DNA from: Candidatus Woesearchaeota archaeon
Lineage (GTDB): Archaea > Nanobdellota > Nanobdellia > Woesearchaeales > GW2011-AR15
DNA length: 64,000 nucleotides
Assembly: GCA_016935095.1 (NCBI GenBank)
Contig: JAFGRO010000076.1
Location: 15,030 to 79,029, forward strand
Direction of reading: 5' to 3'
Shown: positions 60,234 through 64,000 of the stretch, one piece after another
Layout: the number at the start of each line of letters is the position of its first letter
How positions within the stretch are numbered: the stretch's first letter is position 1
The notes under the pieces: model-generated
The model's input: the letters and a program-made list of their open reading frames with translations, nothing else
Databases searched by the model: none
Told to the model about the DNA's origin: nothing
Translations under genes and position numbers: made by a program

Positions 60234-62426
60234 TTATTTGTACAGGCTTTCAACAACTTCCTTTATCTTGTTGGCTTTTTTGTCTCCGATTAGCTTTATT
60301 TTTTTCAAATCTTCTTCGGATGCATTTATTATGTTTTTGACGGATTTAAATTCATCTAACAATGGCTTTGCAAGCACACCGCCTACACCGGGCAGTGCAG
60401 AAATTATATACTCCTGTTGTTCTTTTAATGTCAATGGCTTAACACTATGCAAAGTAAAAGAAGTATCTTTCTCTATTTGTTCTTTTTTTGCAATAATATG
60501 TAGTAATTGTGCTGTTTCTTCAGAATTTTTAGTGTATATTATAGAGATTTTATAATCAATGGCAATAGTTGCAATCATTCCCTGAATTACATTAGGATGA
60601 AGATTTCTTTGAGTGTAGATATCCTCCTTACCTTCGATTATTAATAAGGGGCACTCATATTTTATCAGGTCTCTTATCTGGGTCAATAATCTCTTATCAA
60701 TAATTGAATCAACAAAATCCTGGACTGTTTTATGCTCTGCAACTACTCTTGAACTTAGCAGGTAATCTCCAATGTCTAATTTCTGGAGGTTTATCTTAAC
60801 ACCTGATTCGATTAAATTCTTTATAATTCCAGAGCCTTTTTCCCTGTAATCTGCATACACTATGACTTCCTGCTCCGGCTTGACAAAGTCAGATATTTTT
60901 TTAGTCTTTTTAATCTCAAACCCTTTTTTTAATTCATCAAGAATTTTATACATCCTTTTTTCTTTATGGAATGCAGACCAGCGGTATGGTTCGTCTCTGG
61001 TTTTTTTTGCTATCAGAACAATTATTTTTCCTTTTTCATGCCTTCCTGTACGTCCTTTTCTCTGGATTGTGCGGATTGCGCTGGGTATAGGTTCATAAAA
61101 TATTACTGAATTTACAGAAGGAATATCTAATCCCTCCTCACCTACTGACGTCATGCAGATTACATTGAATTCACCGTTTTCAAATTCTTTTAAAAGTTCA
61201 ATCTGTTTTTTTTGTGTTAGTCCAGAATTTTTCTTTTTTGCCTGGCCGACAAACATCTTTGCTTTCACATTTTCCAGCTTATTTAATTCAGAAACTATTT
61301 TTACAATTGAATCTCTGTATTGAGAAAACACAATAATTTTAGCTTTTGGATTGGCAGTAATTTCTTTTTTTACAATATTCTTTAATTCATTTAACTTGGG
61401 ATGCTCAATTTTCAATTCCTTGAGTGTTCTGGCTTTTATTAAAGCAGACCTGAAGTTTAAATCTCTGGTAAGATTTTTTACTGCTTTTACTCTAGTAGAC
61501 CTTGCTTTTGCGACTAGCTCTTCCAGATATTCATTTAATGAGCTTATTGATTGTGTTTCAAGCAGTTCAAGCGCATGCTGGACTTTCATTGCCTCAGCTA
61601 ATAATGAAACACTCTTAAATAATTCAATATCTTTTTCTCCTTGCACAATTCTTGCATGTAATTCAGACTGCAAGGCCAATAAATCTCTTTTTGAATAATT
61701 TTCAATCCTTATGTCAACAATGCCTAGACCTCTGATTTCATGTAATTTTGATTTATAGCAATCTTCCAGGAATTTTTTAATTTCAAGAAAGATTTTTGGC
61801 AGCTCCAGGTAAATCCAGTTTATCTTTGTTTCGTGGATATATGGCTTAACATCAGGATCTTCTTCAGTTCTTACTTCAACTTCCTCTATAAACAGGTTAT
61901 TGCAAACTTCTTTTATCTTTTCTAAGTCGCTCCCAGGAGAAGCTGTCAATGCAATCACTCTTGGATATTTTGAATGTTGTTTATATTGTTTAGCGAGCCA
62001 TACATATGAATAATTCCCTGTAGCGCGGTGTGCCTCATCAAAACCAAGAAGAGAAAACTCCTCCAGGTTTATTCTCTTTGTTATAATATCATTTTCAAGA
62101 CCCTGGGGAGTGGAAAAAATTATTTTTGCTTTTGTTGACAGTTCAGCTCTTTTTTCAGGTTTTACAAATCCTGTGAAAACAGCTAATTTAGCCTCATCTA
62201 TTTCAAAATACTTTCTGAAAGTCTCATAATACTGGTTAATTAAGGGTCTTGTAGGACCCAAAAACAATATTTTTGATTCAGGATAAAGCTTTAATCTTTG
62301 TGCAGCGAGCATTAAGAAAACATTTGTTTTTCCAAGGCCTGTCGGCAATACAACCAATGTGTTTTTTTCAACGCACGTTGCAAGAATTGTCTGCTGATAT
62401 AGGCGCGGAGTAAAGTTCTTAATCAT
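60234..62426 (-). CDS. hef: Hef helicase-nuclease (SF2 helicase + ERCC4/XPF nuclease + HhH2)
   Basis: Walker A LPTGLGKT and DEAH box (GFDEAHRA). C-terminal DIGDYLLS...AEHKTVQDF nuclease motif region. GVGGVLAKPLL HhH2 motif. Confidence 0.85.
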   Translation of the reverse strand: MIKNFTPRLYQQTILATCVEKNTLVVLPTGLGKTNVFLMLAAQRLKLYPESKILFLGPTRPLINQYYETFRKYFEIDEAKLAVFTGFVKPEKRAELSTKAKIIFSTPQGLENDIITKRINLEEFSLLGFDEAHRATGNYSYVWLAKQYKQHSKYPRVIALTASPGSDLEKIKEVCNNLFIEEVEVRTEEDPDVKPYIHETKINWIYLELPKIFLEIKKFLEDCYKSKLHEIRGLGIVDIRIENYSKRDLLALQSELHARIVQGEKDIELFKSVSLLAEAMKVQHALELLETQSISSLNEYLEELVAKARSTRVKAVKNLTRDLNFRSALIKARTLKELKIEHPKLNELKNIVKKEITANPKAKIIVFSQYRDSIVKIVSELNKLENVKAKMFVGQAKKKNSGLTQKKQIELLKEFENGEFNVICMTSVGEEGLDIPSVNSVIFYEPIPSAIRTIQRKGRTGRHEKGKIIVLIAKKTRDEPYRWSAFHKEKRMYKILDELKKGFEIKKTKKISDFVKPEQEVIVYADYREKGSGIIKNLIESGVKINLQKLDIGDYLLSSRVVAEHKTVQDFVDSIIDKRLLTQIRDLIKYECPLLIIEGKEDIYTQRNLHPNVIQGMIATIAIDYKISIIYTKNSEETAQLLHIIAKKEQIEKDTSFTLHSVKPLTLKEQQEYIISALPGVGGVLAKPLLDEFKSVKNIINASEEDLKKIKLIGDKKANKIKEVVESLYK

Positions 62427-62529
62427 AGAAAAAAGAAATCAAGACTCAATTAAAAAACTATTTTTTTAGATAAATATATAAATTTAGAAAATCAAGTTTA
62501 GAGAACATAAATATAAAGAGGGAATTAAA

Positions 62530-62820
62530 ATGAAAAAGATAAAAAAAATAGGTGTTTTGTCAGCAGGAAAAGTATTAGGTATTTTGTATGCTATTTTAGG
62601 AATATTTATTGGGCTGGTATATTCTGGAATTGCAATTGTTTTTTCTGCATTTTCAAAATCTCTTTATCCAGGCATTTTTAGCTTTATATTTGGTATTGGA
62701 GCCATTATTACAATGCCGATTATCTACGGGATAATGGGTTTTATCGGAGGAATATTAACAGCATTATTGTATAATCTAATAGCTAAATGGATAGGTGGAA
62801 TCGAAGTAGAAACAGGTTAA
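62530..62820 (+). CDS. Small hydrophobic membrane protein (3 TM, Gly-zipper-like)
   Basis: 96-aa ORF. Confidence 0.35.
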   Translation: MKKIKKIGVLSAGKVLGILYAILGIFIGLVYSGIAIVFSAFSKSLYPGIFSFIFGIGAIITMPIIYGIMGFIGGILTALLYNLIAKWIGGIEVETG

Positions 62821-62821
62821 G

Positions 62822-63397
62822 TTAATAGTCATGCCCTGGACAGAGTATCTTATAATTATAATTGATTAATTTAATCATGGATTCCTGCATTTTTTCAGGT
62901 ATAGAAGTTGGTAAATCCACCCTGCCTATGTTTTTATTAAAAAAAAGGGTGTCTCCTGAAAAAAGAATCTTTTCCTTTTCATACCACAAGCAAATACTTC
63001 CCTTTGTGTGGCCAGGAGTATGGATTATTTCAAGATTATGAACCTGTTTAGGAATAGGGTTTAATTTAATTGCTTTAAATTTTTCAGCAATGTCTTCTTT
63101 TAAAACAGTGTTTACAGGGTCTCTTTTGAAATCTTCAATTGCCTGTTCTGAGGCAAAAAATTCAGCATTTTTAAACAAGTCAAAATTCCCTATATGGTCA
63201 TAATGGAGATGTGTAAAAATAACAATTTCTACTTTATTAAACTCAATTACCTTTGATAAAAATTGTTTTACTAGATGCCTGTTAGCTCTGTCACTTGTGT
63301 CAATAATTATCCTTTTTTCATTATTAATAAAATAGATATTGCCGTTTGATCTTAATTTCCAGACATCCTCAGAAATTCTCTTTACAATGGAATCCAT
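62822..63397 (-). CDS. Metallo-beta-lactamase-fold hydrolase (glyoxalase II-like)
   Basis: THLHYDHIGN motif and a downstream HTPGHT. Confidence 0.65.
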   Translation of the reverse strand: MDSIVKRISEDVWKLRSNGNIYFINNEKRIIIDTSDRANRHLVKQFLSKVIEFNKVEIVIFTHLHYDHIGNFDLFKNAEFFASEQAIEDFKRDPVNTVLKEDIAEKFKAIKLNPIPKQVHNLEIIHTPGHTKGSICLWYEKEKILFSGDTLFFNKNIGRVDLPTSIPEKMQESMIKLINYNYKILCPGHDY

Positions 63398-63399
63398 TC

Positions 63400-63981
63400 T
63401 TATCCAAGTTTTTTATCTAATACAACAAAATAAACATACAGGGCTATTGTGCCTGTTATCAGAGAGCCGATCAATGCAATTAAAGGTGATGTAATTAATA
63501 ACAGGGCAATTCCCCCTAAAATAAAACCTACTGCAAATCCCCAGAAATACTTGTGGTACCAGAACATATACATTCCCGGATTGTTCGGCAGAGGCACTAA
63601 AGAATAAATGGCAAAGTAAATGTTTATGGTCATTAATTTTGTGATAATGAAATTGTCTTTGGCAAAAAAACTTAAAATACACGCAACCAGGAAATTTGCT
63701 AATGGAGCTCCAAACAAAGATTTTGCCCATTCCCATAAATTTGTGTAATAACGAAATTCTCCTAAGCGGGAAGCAGCCAACATGTGAATCACAACATAAC
63801 CGGGCATTATTACAACAAATAATCCCCTGGATGCAAAGCAGATGACCAGCGATATCATCAGTCCCAGTATAGATGCCTCATACACAGGATCATATCCATA
63901 ATAAACAGCAATGATTCTCTGTCCTAACTGATTGAAAAACAGGGCTACAGCAACCAGCACAATTGCGATTGCATAATTCAT
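63400..63981 (-). CDS. Hypothetical integral membrane protein (6 TM)
   Basis: 193-aa hydrophobic ORF near the window end. Confidence 0.35.
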   Translation of the reverse strand: MNYAIAIVLVAVALFFNQLGQRIIAVYYGYDPVYEASILGLMISLVICFASRGLFVVIMPGYVVIHMLAASRLGEFRYYTNLWEWAKSLFGAPLANFLVACILSFFAKDNFIITKLMTINIYFAIYSLVPLPNNPGMYMFWYHKYFWGFAVGFILGGIALLLITSPLIALIGSLITGTIALYVYFVVLDKKLG

Positions 63982-64000
63982 TATGCCAGTTGAAAAATTA

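Overview
AT-rich archaeal chromosomal segment whose gene content and style suggest a small-genome, DPANN-like archaeon. Archaea-specific markers include GatD/GatE, archaeal DnaG, Cdc48, Hef, a RIO kinase/KH-protein pair, deoxyhypusine synthase, a class-III signal peptide pilin, and the S13-S4-S11-RpoD-(tRNA-Leu)-L18e-L13-S9 ... RpoN cluster. Shine-Dalgarno-like GGAGG motifs precede many starts. Most of the window is housekeeping: leuS, asnS-like, glnA with an upstream Lrp regulator, topA, a Tal/Fsa-type aldolase, dus, AlaX, uppS and tgt. Several stretches look accessory or unusual. (1) A conserved ~135-nt GC-rich element occurs in three same-orientation copies, each 100-200 nt upstream of unrelated + strand genes, and shows apparent compensatory base changes; it is a candidate structured ncRNA or miniature mobile element family. 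(2) Two tRNA loci carry hairpin introns in the D-loop. One is a clear tRNA-Leu(GAG) embedded in the r-protein/RNAP operon; the other is a 169-nt multi-intron tRNA of unresolved identity. (3) A HerA ATPase and a NurA-like nuclease are uncoupled and separated by a kinase gene and one repeat copy. (4) The universally linked S9-RpoN junction is interrupted by a ~3.4-kb insert carrying a RelA/SpoT-type (small alarmone synthetase / toxSAS-like) gene with a tiny membrane-protein partner, plus a tgt/yhhQ pair that suggests 7-deazaguanine base salvage. (5) A short NACHT-type STAND NTPase gene and several other single-gene islands share a distinct A/T-ending codon dialect. These include a free-standing LAGLIDADG endonuclease fused to an HTH, a YraN-like nuclease next to the intron-containing tRNA, and small secreted proteins. 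(6) There is a secreted PLD-family nuclease with a lamin-tail domain, and next to it a DUF123/GIY-YIG protein. No rRNA or CRISPR array was seen.
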